A stretch of DNA of 38,883 nucleotides from the IMG/VR virus record IMGVR_UViG_3300037722_000236, positions 1 to 38,883 of that record. The stretch is one strand, 5' to 3'. The notes beneath the pieces are model-generated. The model was not told the DNA's origin. It saw only the letters and a list, made by a program, of their open reading frames with translations, and ran no database searches. This DNA is from a virus. Lineage: Duplodnaviria > Caudoviricetes. Below are positions 1 to 10,078 of this stretch, piece after piece. How positions within the stretch are numbered: the first letter of the stretch is position 1; each line of letters opens with the position of its first letter. Position numbers and translations under genes: made by a program.

Positions 1-1746
1 GTACACGGGATTGACCTGACGAAATAAAGTTTTAATAACCTCGCGAAGTTCAATAGCACGGGTAAATGTTCGTGAATTTTCAGCACTAACTGAATAGTTT
101 CGTTCGGTTGTTACCTTAGCGTAAATTGGAAAGCCTGAAATAATTCCACCGGGAACTTCTAAATCACCCCTGACCCATTCAATATCGTCGTTTTCATCAT
201 TAAATGGTTTTCGATACCATAAAACGCCTTTTGTTGGGTTTTCCTGTCCACTATTTACCCATCCTGTACCAGGTGGTGGCGTAGGCACTCCATCGACATC
301 AGGAGAATAAGCCTCATCCCTTGCAAATGACAGAGTAAGATAGATTCTACGTCTTAATTTGCTCCTTATCCTAGTTGTGTTACACCTGAATATTGATATT
401 TTGGCTATCTGACATTTGTACCACGGGTTTTGAGGGTCATCGAATAGCTCTAGTAAGTCACCAAGAAAAGCCCCTTCCGGTATTCCGTCTATCCCACCAC
501 GAACTTGGGGAGCCGCACGTCCAACCCCTGCACCCATGAAATCTTCTTTGAAAGACCCATCAACATTGAGATAGAACCAATCAACATCACCATCGTCTAA
601 ATCCCATTCAGATACTTTAGGACTAGCCCTAACCCACGGAGCATTTGCCTGAACAAATACCTCGTATTGTTTTAGGTAGTCATTGTAAATCGGTACGCCT
701 AAAGTTGTATATTGAGTGTTTGAAGTGACTAAACGAACGTTATCTAAGAGTAGTTCGGTGTAAGTATGAGCGGTCAATGTCGAACCTAAGTCAATAACCT
801 CATCATATCCTCGGTCATCAAAATAAACCCTTAGTGTGCCGCTTTCAGGTATTGTTTGACTTGATATGCTGAATGGTAATAATTTCGTTAATTCATTTCT
901 CCATATTCGCAATGAAAGCAGGTTCCCATTGTATTCTAAGCCATTCGATAATGCCCCCCAACTACCATCAGCATTTAATTGTTGCGTGCCATTAAGGACA
1001 ACAAATACTTTTTTACTTTCAAATACGTTCGGAATGTCTATGTTGTATTGTTCGACAAGTGATAATTCATCAACCCTTTGAACCAAGTTATAGTTAAATG
1101 AAAAATCAATACTTTGACCCTCTATTACCTCTATTGTTTGGCCAAACTCATGATTGACATCAGATGCAATTAAACCTACCATCCAACTATCTAACAAATA
1201 CCTTTTCTTTGAATTTATGAATCCGGTCAATGGGTTGTAAAACCAACCGATAGGCTGAATGTCTGACCCTTCAAACCATTTTTCAAACTTACCATTAATT
1301 ATTTTATTAGACCCACCAGCACCAATAACATCAATCTGAGTTTCATAGTTTTCTAAGAAGTCGCTGTATTGGTCTAGTACTGTTGGTGTTAAGACTATTG
1401 TTTTGGTAACGGGGTCGTCTTTATACTCTCCGTCAATATCCCCAAAGTACCCATTGATTGTAACATCACCCGAAACAAGTCTAATTCTCATTTCGGTTGT
1501 ACGCAAAGCCCCTTTTATTTGATCATAAACACTATAGGCTTTTAACAATAACGGGTCAGGCGTAGCTTTTGCTGATTCTATCCGATGCTTTGCAGGTAGG
1601 TTTTTAAAAGTAATGTCACCCCATTGATAGCGTCTGAAAAACTCTGTCTTTTCAAGTGGTTTTTTGAAAGGCGAGATTTTAACGGGAAACACTTCAAAGA
1701 ATCCGTCCTCATCATTTAAATCGATATATGTTTTGTAGTTTCCCAA
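1..1746 (-). CDS. Tail/baseplate-region structural protein, partial (runs off the left edge)
   Basis: Missing from the ORF track. Manual translation shows an open frame from TTG at 1746 (LGNYKTYIDLNDEDGFFEVFPV...) to base 1 with no stop, 582 codons. It lies two genes downstream of the tape measure. The start codon is uncertain. Confidence 0.75.
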   Translation of the reverse strand, partial: MGNYKTYIDLNDEDGFFEVFPVKISPFKKPLEKTEFFRRYQWGDITFKNLPAKHRIESAKATPDPLLLKAYSVYDQIKGALRTTEMRIRLVSGDVTINGYFGDIDGEYKDDPVTKTIVLTPTVLDQYSDFLENYETQIDVIGAGGSNKIINGKFEKWFEGSDIQPIGWFYNPLTGFINSKKRYLLDSWMVGLIASDVNHEFGQTIEVIEGQSIDFSFNYNLVQRVDELSLVEQYNIDIPNVFESKKVFVVLNGTQQLNADGSWGALSNGLEYNGNLLSLRIWRNELTKLLPFSISSQTIPESGTLRVYFDDRGYDEVIDLGSTLTAHTYTELLLDNVRLVTSNTQYTTLGVPIYNDYLKQYEVFVQANAPWVRASPKVSEWDLDDGDVDWFYLNVDGSFKEDFMGAGVGRAAPQVRGGIDGIPEGAFLGDLLELFDDPQNPWYKCQIAKISIFRCNTTRIRSKLRRRIYLTLSFARDEAYSPDVDGVPTPPPGTGWVNSGQENPTKGVLWYRKPFNDENDDIEWVRGDLEVPGGIISGFPIYAKVTTERNYSVSAENSRTFTRAIELREVIKTLFRQVNPVY

Positions 1747-1749
1747 TAG

Positions 1750-1795
1750 ATAGATATTTTCTATCAAAATTACTAATTATATAGATATTATCTAC
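1750..1795 (-). promoter_or_regulatory. Bacteroidota-type -7 element flanked by two ATAGA-N5-TCTAT boxes
   Basis: TAATTTTG on the minus strand at 1765-1772. ATAGATATTTTCTAT at 1750-1764 and ATAGATATTATCTAC at 1781-1795. Confidence 0.55.
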
Positions 1796-1832
1796 TAAGA
1801 TAGATGTATTTTTTGAATTATGTGTCTTTGAC

Positions 1833-2609
1833 CTACAAAGCATTGCAAACAGATAAGGTTTCGCCCATCACTTTGAATTTAAGTAGGATTATATAAATAT
1901 CACCTTCTACAGGGTCATCCTCAATGTCTACGGTAATATCATGAGCGTTGTAATCCTTATTATCCCACGAGAATTGAACCATTCCATTTGCTGATAGAAT
2001 CCGAAGACCTGACATAAACACAAATAAATATTCGTGAAAGTCCAACTGAAATACCCTTGTCAGTGTCCGGCTTCCATAAGTTGTTTTTGTGACCCCAACT
2101 ACTTCTTCCCCTTCTTCGGGTAGGTTAAGTTCCATTCTTTGATATTCAGCCGATACATAGCACTCATAAACGAAGTTCTCCATGTTCAGCCTATAATCTG
2201 CCTCACCTAGATAGAAGTCGCCTAAATCGTAAGCTTTGACCTTTAAAAAGCCACTTAGATCATCACGCCAACAAAACATATCAGAATAGTAAACATCGGA
2301 ATCAATGGTTATCTTAAACGAATAGTAACCTTCATCTTTTCCGGTCAATTGTTCGTGTAAATGGATTAGCCTTTTATACCCCGAAGCTGATTCAATGGTA
2401 AAGTTAGTCTCTGACCCACTGACTACATTATCATTCTCGTCCAATAACTCAAAAGAGGCTGTGCTTGCATCGTCAACAATAAATTGAAGTGCCGGAACAT
2501 ACCCCGTAAGGAAATTAATGATAAACGCACTAGGATTGTCTGAGATATCCCACCTTCGTTTACTTAAACTGTCGTGTACTTCAAGTACGTTGTAATTAGC
2601 TAATAGCAT
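1833..2609 (-). CDS. Putative distal tail protein
   Basis: 258 aa acidic, beta-rich ORF overlapping the end of the tape measure gene. Function is inferred from position only. Confidence 0.6.
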   Translation of the reverse strand: MLLANYNVLEVHDSLSKRRWDISDNPSAFIINFLTGYVPALQFIVDDASTASFELLDENDNVVSGSETNFTIESASGYKRLIHLHEQLTGKDEGYYSFKITIDSDVYYSDMFCWRDDLSGFLKVKAYDLGDFYLGEADYRLNMENFVYECYVSAEYQRMELNLPEEGEEVVGVTKTTYGSRTLTRVFQLDFHEYLFVFMSGLRILSANGMVQFSWDNKDYNAHDITVDIEDDPVEGDIYIILLKFKVMGETLSVCNAL

Positions 2610-5600
2610 ATTTTGTAGTTATTGACCCACGTTTAACAATTCTATATTTACCCTCAACTCTAACTTGGTCAGACGATGAAGTGTTACGAACCAACTTTCT
2701 CAAATGCTTATTTGTATCTGTCATATCAACCATATCATAGGTGTGATTGACCGCATAATTTGCTAACATTCTTTGAGTTTCATCGTGTGGCAAAATGGTT
2801 GACCCAATCAATGATTTATCATCATACAATGTAGCTTTATTCGGTGTTAACATTACACCCCCTTTGGGTGTAATAATTGCCTCTGAACCTTTTTCCCCTG
2901 CGATAAATGTTGACGGTGCGCTGTCAGTACCTTTTTCAAATGCCGGAATCTTTTGAGCTAATACCGTAGCTAATTGCGCTGCCCCAAGACTTGCTACTAT
3001 TGCAGTTAAAGCACCTGCCGAAATACCGAAATCAAACTTTGGAACTTGCGCCCATATACTTATGATAGCAGCAGCCGTATTTAACGCAATAGACAATGCA
3101 GTCTGAGCCTTTTCAGCAATGGCTTGTTTGCGTTGAATCTTCGCTTTTTCTTTATCATATTTTCTTTCAGCTAAGATTCGTTCTTCTGCACTATTCCCTG
3201 CTAGTGCAACTTCCATTTTATATTGATCTTCAATTCCTTGAAGTTGACCTGCATATATGTTTGACAATGCCGAAAAAGCTTGACCAGCAGATTCACCAAT
3301 AAAAGATAAAGTATCTTGTATTTGTTGCCTTTTTATGTTTTCGACTTCAATAGTCCCGTCACGTTGGAAAACATATAGTCTTTCTTCAAGTTCTTTTTGC
3401 TTTTGTCTTGCTTCCTCTTTTTTCTCGTCAGTCTGTATTTGACTATCGATTATGCCTTGCTGATATTTGTATTCTATCTGCAAAAGCTCTATACCTTCTT
3501 TTATTTCTAATGCACGAACAGCAGCTTTTTTATTCCTTCTTTCCGCTAATTCATCGCTATACCTTTTTGTCAATTGAACACGTTGTTCGTTTGCAATTTC
3601 GATTAGTCCGGCTATCTCTGAATCCCTGTCTTTCTTACGTTGTTCTTCTAATCTTTTTTGACGTATCTTTTCCTCATCAATTAATCTATCAGTAAGGTTT
3701 TCTTCAATCTTAGTCCTTAACTCAGCCTTATCAGTAATCAATTTAAGTTCATCCAACGAGCCTTTTTCGACAAGCTTAAGATTCTCATCAATGAACCTCA
3801 TCTGCATTTGAAGCAATTCCTGTTCATTGTCAAACTCAGCTTGCCGCCTTTGATCTTCTGTTAATTCATCATTTTGAAGCAATCGTTGTTGACCTTGTTT
3901 TACTGCCTCTAATTCAGCTTTTTGACGTTCTTGTTGCCTTTTAAGTGAATCATCCTTCTTGGTGCCAGTTCCTTTTTCTTCTAGCTTTTGCCTCAGTAAT
4001 ATACTTGCCTGAACATAGTTTTGATAGTTTGTAAGCCTTGTTTGTAGGTTTTGCCTTTGCTCTTTTGTTACTTCTTTCCCTGCCGTAATTGTATCATCAT
4101 ACATCGACTGTTCTATGATGTATAAGTTTTCAGCAGCTTTAGTCTGAGACTCTAATTGTTTTATTTGATTCTGAATAAATTCCTTATATGTCTGCTGATT
4201 ATCTTTATAAAATGCTGCACTTTCAACTGCTTGTCTTTTTAATTCAGCATCTTGAATTATTCCTAAGCTTTTATATTCTTCTTCTGCTGAGTCAATCGTT
4301 TCTTTAAATGCGTTCAGGTCAAACGGGGTTATTTGCCTTTTCTCAATTTCATTAAATTGGTTTTCGGTTCTTCGGACTAATTCACTGTAAAGTAACAAAG
4401 CATCGTGCATCGATATTCTGTAAACCTCATTTATCTCAGTTACAATCTGCTTTGCATTTTCTTTCAGATGTTCAACGCTTGCATCGCCATACTTCTGAAT
4501 TACAACTTGAAATTCCCTTGCCTTGCGACTGTTAAGGCGTAAAAGAAAGTCAAAACTCCTAGTAACTTGATCTTGTGTTAGCTGCGAAGTGCGAGTATAA
4601 ACCAACGATAGGTTATTTAACACAAGATCAGCCTGAATAATAGCCTGTGATAAGAAATTAAGGACTGATTTGTAAGTATCACCTGCCTCTAAAGCTTGTA
4701 CAAATTGAACCCATGAAGTCCTTAACCGTCCTTGTGCTGCTGCTAAGGTATCAACTGTTTCAACAGCTTTAATTCCGTAAGCCTCTTCCAATGCTATTGC
4801 AAATTTAGGCAAGGCTTCTGTCGAAATAATCTCGCCTGCTTTGAGCATTTTGTCAAGCTGAGAAATTGGAACGCCCATAGCATCAGCCATAATACCAAAA
4901 GCACCGGGAAGACGTTCACCTAACTGCCTCCGAAGTTCTTCTGTGGTTACCTTCCCTTTACTAATCATCTGCTCCAAAGCAAGGAATACCCCGTTAACTT
5001 CGTCTGTTTTAAGTCCTAGTACCGATGCAGCTTTTGCAGTTGAATTGAATATTTGCATCGTATCTCTAACAGTCATGTTAGACTGCTGAGCGGCTGCACG
5101 GAATTTAATATACCTCTCGGTGAGTGTTAGAATATCCTGACCGTAAGCTACCGCTGTATCTCTAAGGAATAATTGTGTTTCGGCAAACTCCTCTTGACTT
5201 TTAAGAACTGTCTTCATTGAAAAATCCAATGAATCAAGCTTCTTAGTCATATCAAGCAGGTCACGAGTGAAAAACTGAACAATGCGATTTAATGCAAACA
5301 TAGCGGCTGCATAAACCCCAATAGATTTAATCAATCCATTAAAAACAGTAGCTAATCCACGTTTTGATTTTACAGTTTTTTCAGTACTTTGCTGTTCTAG
5401 CCTGTCGGTTCTTATTTTAGATTGTTTTGCACGTTCCTCCGATACAATTAATTGGTTATTCTTAATTCTGGCCTGTGTTTCTTTATTTATCAGGTCTTGT
5501 TCAGCTTTCATCTGATTAACAACTTTTGTGTCAGTTGCTATCTTTGACTGCTTTACTTGTTGTTCTTTTACAAGTAACTCTAGCTGTCTTTTTATAACCC

Positions 5601-5901
5601 GTAACTCATTATCCCTAACCTGAGCTTCTAGCTTCATTTGCTGAAGAACTTTATTTTCAACATCAATCAAAGCCTTCTTTTCACGAGCTAAATTTGCCGC
5701 TGCCTGAGCTTGTAGTTTGGAAATCTGAACAATATCTTTTAGGTTCTTAGTGCCGCCAATTGATTTGGCCATCTTATCACCTTCAATTGTGAGTTGCTTA
5801 AATCCTTCCACAATTGGCTGAACAGCACTCGCAATATTTTTAAGAGCCTCAATTATCTCTTTTTCCTGAATTATTTCATCTTTCCTTAGTTCGCCAGACA
5901 T
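2596..5901 (-). CDS. Tail tape measure protein
   Basis: 1101 aa, mostly helical/coiled-coil. Tape-measure domain motif LEQMISKGKVTTEELRRQLGERLPGAF, a hydrophobic C-terminal segment, and FEKGT...AGEKGSE. Confidence 0.92.
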   Translation of the reverse strand: MSGELRKDEIIQEKEIIEALKNIASAVQPIVEGFKQLTIEGDKMAKSIGGTKNLKDIVQISKLQAQAAANLAREKKALIDVENKVLQQMKLEAQVRDNELRVIKRQLELLVKEQQVKQSKIATDTKVVNQMKAEQDLINKETQARIKNNQLIVSEERAKQSKIRTDRLEQQSTEKTVKSKRGLATVFNGLIKSIGVYAAAMFALNRIVQFFTRDLLDMTKKLDSLDFSMKTVLKSQEEFAETQLFLRDTAVAYGQDILTLTERYIKFRAAAQQSNMTVRDTMQIFNSTAKAASVLGLKTDEVNGVFLALEQMISKGKVTTEELRRQLGERLPGAFGIMADAMGVPISQLDKMLKAGEIISTEALPKFAIALEEAYGIKAVETVDTLAAAQGRLRTSWVQFVQALEAGDTYKSVLNFLSQAIIQADLVLNNLSLVYTRTSQLTQDQVTRSFDFLLRLNSRKAREFQVVIQKYGDASVEHLKENAKQIVTEINEVYRISMHDALLLYSELVRRTENQFNEIEKRQITPFDLNAFKETIDSAEEEYKSLGIIQDAELKRQAVESAAFYKDNQQTYKEFIQNQIKQLESQTKAAENLYIIEQSMYDDTITAGKEVTKEQRQNLQTRLTNYQNYVQASILLRQKLEEKGTGTKKDDSLKRQQERQKAELEAVKQGQQRLLQNDELTEDQRRQAEFDNEQELLQMQMRFIDENLKLVEKGSLDELKLITDKAELRTKIEENLTDRLIDEEKIRQKRLEEQRKKDRDSEIAGLIEIANEQRVQLTKRYSDELAERRNKKAAVRALEIKEGIELLQIEYKYQQGIIDSQIQTDEKKEEARQKQKELEERLYVFQRDGTIEVENIKRQQIQDTLSFIGESAGQAFSALSNIYAGQLQGIEDQYKMEVALAGNSAEERILAERKYDKEKAKIQRKQAIAEKAQTALSIALNTAAAIISIWAQVPKFDFGISAGALTAIVASLGAAQLATVLAQKIPAFEKGTDSAPSTFIAGEKGSEAIITPKGGVMLTPNKATLYDDKSLIGSTILPHDETQRMLANYAVNHTYDMVDMTDTNKHLRKLVRNTSSSDQVRVEGKYRIVKRGSITTKYAIS

Positions 5902-6644
5902 TACTTTCTTCTTTTAGATTTTGTTTTACTTGCAGCTTTCTTTTCGGCTTCTGATTTCTCACGAATGTCCTCTAAGTAAGCAACCCATCTTTCAAGGTTA
6001 ATTTCCTGTATGTTTAGTTGTCTGTTTAATTGTCGTTCAACACCTGCAAGTAATTTATAGAAGCTTGCTACCTCTTTTTTGTCTGTGTCTGAGCTTTTGT
6101 TGTCTAGTTTATTCTTGGCAAATTCAAGCTTGGTCTTTTTCCTTAGAATTGCTTTGTGAATTTTACCTGCATCCTGAGTGTTGATTCCAAACTTCTTTAA
6201 TACTTCAAAGATCGATTCATCAGCTGATTCTAACTTAACCAATTCTAAAGCCGCAATACAAGTAGTTATTTCGTTCTCTAATTGAATGACCCGTCTTAAA
6301 CTGTCTTTAAAGCGGTCGAACGATTGCTTATTTGTATGCGAATAGTAGAACTCTTGAAGGTCAAACCATACGTCAATCAGTCTTAGGCTTAACTCTTGGT
6401 TTTGCTTTTCGCTTAGCTCCTCCTTTGGGTTGACCATCAGAAGTTTTAACTCCCTTGTTTCCATTATCTCGTAAAACAACTCCACTTGCAGTTTCTTTGG
6501 TGTATCGTACAAGGATAAAGTTTGAACCTTTGTACTGCTTTGCTGGAAGGAATCGGAAGATTTTATATCCATGCTCTCTTGCAGGATAGACTTTTTGATC
6601 TTCTCTTGTTCTTTGGGCTGCTTCTTTTGCGAGAATTTTGACAT
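5901..6644 (-). CDS. Putative tail assembly chaperone (downstream, GT-like frame); true start uncertain
   Basis: Directly upstream of the tape measure. Helical protein whose first ~90 codons overlap ORF 6373-6675 in the +1 frame. Confidence 0.6.
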   Translation of the reverse strand: MSKFSQKKQPKEQEKIKKSILQESMDIKSSDSFQQSSTKVQTLSLYDTPKKLQVELFYEIMETRELKLLMVNPKEELSEKQNQELSLRLIDVWFDLQEFYYSHTNKQSFDRFKDSLRRVIQLENEITTCIAALELVKLESADESIFEVLKKFGINTQDAGKIHKAILRKKTKLEFAKNKLDNKSSDTDKKEVASFYKLLAGVERQLNRQLNIQEINLERWVAYLEDIREKSEAEKKAASKTKSKRRK

Positions 6645-6675
6645 GCTCGATGTTTTGTAATTTCAAATTAATCAT
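6373..6675 (-). CDS. Small basic protein, possible tail chaperone (G-like frame)
   Basis: Its ATG is coupled to the stop of 6672-6920 (ATGA overlap), which supports it as the translated entry frame. Confidence 0.55.
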   Translation of the reverse strand: MINLKLQNIEHVKILAKEAAQRTREDQKVYPAREHGYKIFRFLPAKQYKGSNFILVRYTKETASGVVLRDNGNKGVKTSDGQPKGGAKRKAKPRVKPKTD

Positions 6676-6920
6676 AATGCTTCATTTATCATTCGTTTCC
6701 AAATCAAATAGGCTGCTTTTGAAATCAACCCATTCTTATATGAGTTATCTAACCTTCTCAGTCGGCCAGTCAAATCAACTTTGTATTGTTCTAACTTCCT
6801 TTTAAGAATAAACCGTGCTATCCGATTCCAGAAAGTATTTTTTCTGTACCTTCTAAGCAGAATTATCATTGATATATACCTGCTTTCTAGCTCGTGTCCG
6901 TTTAGTTTCATGTTTTTCAT
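6672..6920 (-). CDS. Hypothetical basic protein
   Basis: 82 aa, ATGA-coupled to both neighbours. Confidence 0.6.
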   Translation of the reverse strand: MKNMKLNGHELESRYISMIILLRRYRKNTFWNRIARFILKRKLEQYKVDLTGRLRRLDNSYKNGLISKAAYLIWKRMINEAL

Positions 6921-7117
6921 TGGTTGATAAAGTTTTCAATTCTTGTATTTACTTCCAATATAACTTCTGAATGCTTTGCTTCAATTTTGTCACGTAATTC
7001 CTGATCAACTTCTGGTTTCTGATCATCAAGAACAACTTTCCAACATTCGTAATACTTCGATTCAAGTGTTTCTGCAAGCACTTTTAAATCTGATAGTGAT
7101 AGTTCTTTTAAGTTCAT
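6917..7117 (-). CDS. Hypothetical protein
   Basis: 66 aa, ATGA-coupled to both neighbours. Confidence 0.6.
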   Translation of the reverse strand: MNLKELSLSDLKVLAETLESKYYECWKVVLDDQKPEVDQELRDKIEAKHSEVILEVNTRIENFINQ

Positions 7118-7551
7118 CGTTTCAGTATTGCGCTTTTTAATGCTTGTTTAAATTCTTGGTTAATCATTGCTATCAACTTGACTTTAGATGCTTGATTTAG
7201 TCCGTAAATTGCTGAACCATACTTTCTTTCTAACTGATCTGCTTTATCGTCTAAAGATTCAAATGACAGACCATAAGTACTAAAGCCTACTTTCAGTGCA
7301 TTATAGAAATCTCCGGTATATCTAAGGTCAGTCGTTGGAAAAATATTGTAAGTCGGAATGTATTGATCTTTGAAATCAGCATACTCCATACTTCGATAGT
7401 CCGGCATTACTGATTCATCAGCTCTTTCCCCCTTGCTTAACTGATTTCTATTTAACTGTTCAATCTCAGGAAAATGCTTTTCAAGTATCGGCCGTAACAA
7501 TTCCCACGGGTCAATAGCTAATAGATTGTTTTGAAGGTCGTACAAATTCAT
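7114..7551 (-). CDS. Putative tail completion/neck protein
   Basis: Motif DLRYTGDFY resembles the xxTG motif of HK97 gp10-like proteins. Start reset to ATG 7551 (MNLYDLQ) because the longer track start lies inside a hairpin. Confidence 0.6.
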   Translation of the reverse strand: MNLYDLQNNLLAIDPWELLRPILEKHFPEIEQLNRNQLSKGERADESVMPDYRSMEYADFKDQYIPTYNIFPTTDLRYTGDFYNALKVGFSTYGLSFESLDDKADQLERKYGSAIYGLNQASKVKLIAMINQEFKQALKSAILKR

Positions 7552-7567
7552 ACCTGAAAAGTATAAG

Positions 7568-7596
7568 AGGGATGCAAGTTTAACCCTGCATCCCAA
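7568..7596 (-). terminator. Hairpin after the major tail gene (probable terminator)
   Basis: GGGATGCAGG-GTTAAA-CTTGCATCCC followed by TCTTATACTTTT on the minus strand. Confidence 0.55.
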
Positions 7597-7604
7597 TAGT
7601 TACT

Positions 7605-8507
7605 TTATGCAATAGTTACCGTAGCTGCTCCGGTAGATTCGATCAACAGACCATCAGAAACCATAGCAGAAGGAGCTTTCAAGTTGATAGTTCCTGTGCT
7701 AAATGCTGCGGATGAACCAAAGGTATAAGTACCGTCTTCATTGTCGGTATATCCAGACGATGCAGTCCATGCACCTGCTGTGCTAGCCCAATCGTCTTCT
7801 TCAATACCTTTAATACCGATTTTATTCGGTGTACCATCAGCCTGATAACCGTCTGACCCAAACACACGGATAACAATTTCACTGTCAGTTGGTGTTCCCA
7901 CCACTTCAAGGTCAACGTCAACCAATGATTCAAGGTCACCGACATTCCATTCAGGATTCAAGAAATCACCGTACATATCCCACTCACGGTAATTATCCAT
8001 GTCAAGATACAATGGAGTAAAGGCAGGAGTAGAACCATCAGCCGGAACTTCGGTCATTCGACCCATATTGATCATAGAGGTTTTAAATCCTCTGGCTGTT
8101 CCACTGTCGTTGTAGAAACAGATTTGTCCGTCACGAACAGGCAAATAGCGCAAATTAGCGTTATTGAAGTAACGGTGCAATGTCCGGTGAACAGACAATG
8201 GAATATCCAAGCTAAACATCAGTCGTGTTTTCCCACGCTTTAATAGTTTGCGCTTGCCGGAAGGAGCTTCATAGATTGTGTCCTCAGAAGACTGATCTTC
8301 ATAATTGTCCACAAAGTTCATGGGGAATACATTTTTTGCCCGAATATCGGCAGTCCATGTTGCCTCATCTGCGAGGTCTGCAATGGAATGAGCAAAAGCA
8401 TCAGTGACAAGGATAATACCATCAATGGCTACCATCTCGTTATCCTGACGTGTACCTTTTGTTCCGAGGTTTCCAAAGCTTGCTGAAATAACTTTAGCTA
8501 CTGTCAT
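7605..8507 (-). CDS. Major tail (tube) protein
   Basis: 300 aa acidic protein with a Gly/Thr-rich C-terminal Ig-like extension (TDNEDGTYTF). It follows the head-tail genes and is followed by a terminator-like hairpin. Confidence 0.7.
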   Translation of the reverse strand: MTVAKVISASFGNLGTKGTRQDNEMVAIDGIILVTDAFAHSIADLADEATWTADIRAKNVFPMNFVDNYEDQSSEDTIYEAPSGKRKLLKRGKTRLMFSLDIPLSVHRTLHRYFNNANLRYLPVRDGQICFYNDSGTARGFKTSMINMGRMTEVPADGSTPAFTPLYLDMDNYREWDMYGDFLNPEWNVGDLESLVDVDLEVVGTPTDSEIVIRVFGSDGYQADGTPNKIGIKGIEEDDWASTAGAWTASSGYTDNEDGTYTFGSSAAFSTGTINLKAPSAMVSDGLLIESTGAATVTIA

Positions 8508-8522
8508 TTTTTTTATAATTTT

Positions 8523-9032
8523 TTATGTTTCATTTTTATATACTACATCGAACTCAATCGAAAAATTAAACCACGGGTGCATATCCCTGTTTCTGAAACT
8601 ATCAATCGAAATACGTCTGAAAACATTGTCAAGCCCTGTTCTTATATTCTTCTCATGGACAATCTTAGTTATCCTTTTGATGATTTTATGAACTGCCATT
8701 AATGCTTCTTCATCTTTTCGTTCTGTAGAATCATATAACTTGCTTAGGTTGCACGAGCAAACAAGCTCAACAGGAACACGAATCATATTAAGTCCAACCC
8801 TTGTGTCGTCAATAAAAAAGCCAAACACAGCGTTTTTGCTATCATCAAGTAGAATTTCTTTGTATTCATTCGCCCCTGAATAAGCTTCTGCTATCTTTTT
8901 GCCTTCACGTTGATTCACATACAATCGACCATAAACAGAAATATTTGACCATCCGATTTCATTAATCTTTTCTTGAATCTTCAAAAGACTCTTATCAAGA
9001 CCAATTGGATTAGATTTTGAATATACTGTCAT
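8523..9032 (-). CDS. Putative tail terminator/head-tail joining protein
   Basis: 169 aa, between the adaptor-like gene and the tail tube. C-terminal DMHPWFNFSIEFDVVY. Confidence 0.55.
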   Translation of the reverse strand: MTVYSKSNPIGLDKSLLKIQEKINEIGWSNISVYGRLYVNQREGKKIAEAYSGANEYKEILLDDSKNAVFGFFIDDTRVGLNMIRVPVELVCSCNLSKLYDSTERKDEEALMAVHKIIKRITKIVHEKNIRTGLDNVFRRISIDSFRNRDMHPWFNFSIEFDVVYKNET

Positions 9033-10078
9033 GATAATGTTCCTATGCTTATTCTTGGTTTATAGAATAAAGACTTGCGAAGTGTTCCGACAGCCTTATT
9101 AAGTTTGTCCTGAACGCCTGAAATCCCAAGTTCCTTATTCCCATAAAGCTCAAAGTCAACCATTTTAATGTTTTCTTTCCCTATTCTTTCAGTCAAATTG
9201 CTTCTCGTACTGTACTTGATCATCATTAAGACCCGTTCGTGCATTTGAAGCTGAATTGGATTCCAGAACAATGATTTATTTCTCAAAATGATTTCAGTAT
9301 AATCGCTAAATACATCAAGACCAATGTTCAAGCCGTAAGTTTCAGATTCATACACCTGACTTTCTACATCAATGATAGTTCCTGTATTAAACATACTGAC
9401 AGGCTCTACATAGAAGTAAGGAGTATTTACCCTAATGTTTGCGGCATCGTGGTCTTTTCTGTATGATTTGGCTATACCAAGATCATTATCAAAATATCCA
9501 AGATAGAATTTGCCACCTTTATAGGTTAGGTCATCGGCTATGACCCAATCAAGGGATATAATCTTAGATTCTCCTGCTGTGGTGGTTACTTCTTTCGTCT
9601 GGATAGGAGTCTTTGGAAGATTAGAGTTATACAAATAGATGTTAAATGTAACTTCTTCATCAAACGCTAGTTCAACCCACGGAATTTTACAGGACATCCC
9701 ACTGTTTAACGGCTGTATCTCAAATCCTACAAACTTACCCCTCTGTTCTAGTGTTGCATCGAATGACTTTTCAGATGGGAAAAGATTAAGACTACTAATA
9801 AAATCAGACTGACCATTAATCACCTTGTTGCAAACATCAAGTACCACTGATTTTTGCATTCTTTCGAGCAAATTATTAAACTGCTCATTGGTAATGTCGG
9901 GGTTTTCCTGACAATCCTTGATGTTTTTTATGGTAACAAGTTCAGACCCGTCCTGAAAGTAAAGTCCAGAACTAGACCCTTCGTTTGTTTCATCAACAAT
10001 ATCATATCCGGTGAGGTCGGAGTTGCGAAACCCGACCCCACCAAATAATTCAGTCTGTATTTTATCAATCCTTATCAC
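9029..10078 (-). CDS. Putative head-tail adaptor/structural protein
   Basis: 349 aa, positioned after the capsid genes and translationally coupled. Confidence 0.55.
   Translation of the reverse strand: MIRIDKIQTELFGGVGFRNSDLTGYDIVDETNEGSSSGLYFQDGSELVTIKNIKDCQENPDITNEQFNNLLERMQKSVVLDVCNKVINGQSDFISSLNLFPSEKSFDATLEQRGKFVGFEIQPLNSGMSCKIPWVELAFDEEVTFNIYLYNSNLPKTPIQTKEVTTTAGESKIISLDWVIADDLTYKGGKFYLGYFDNDLGIAKSYRKDHDAANIRVNTPYFYVEPVSMFNTGTIIDVESQVYESETYGLNIGLDVFSDYTEIILRNKSLFWNPIQLQMHERVLMMIKYSTRSNLTERIGKENIKMVDFELYGNKELGISGVQDKLNKAVGTLRKSLFYKPRISIGTLS

Noticed and set aside
866-1081. Plus-strand 71 aa ORF
   Set aside because: Antisense to the long tail gene 1-1746.
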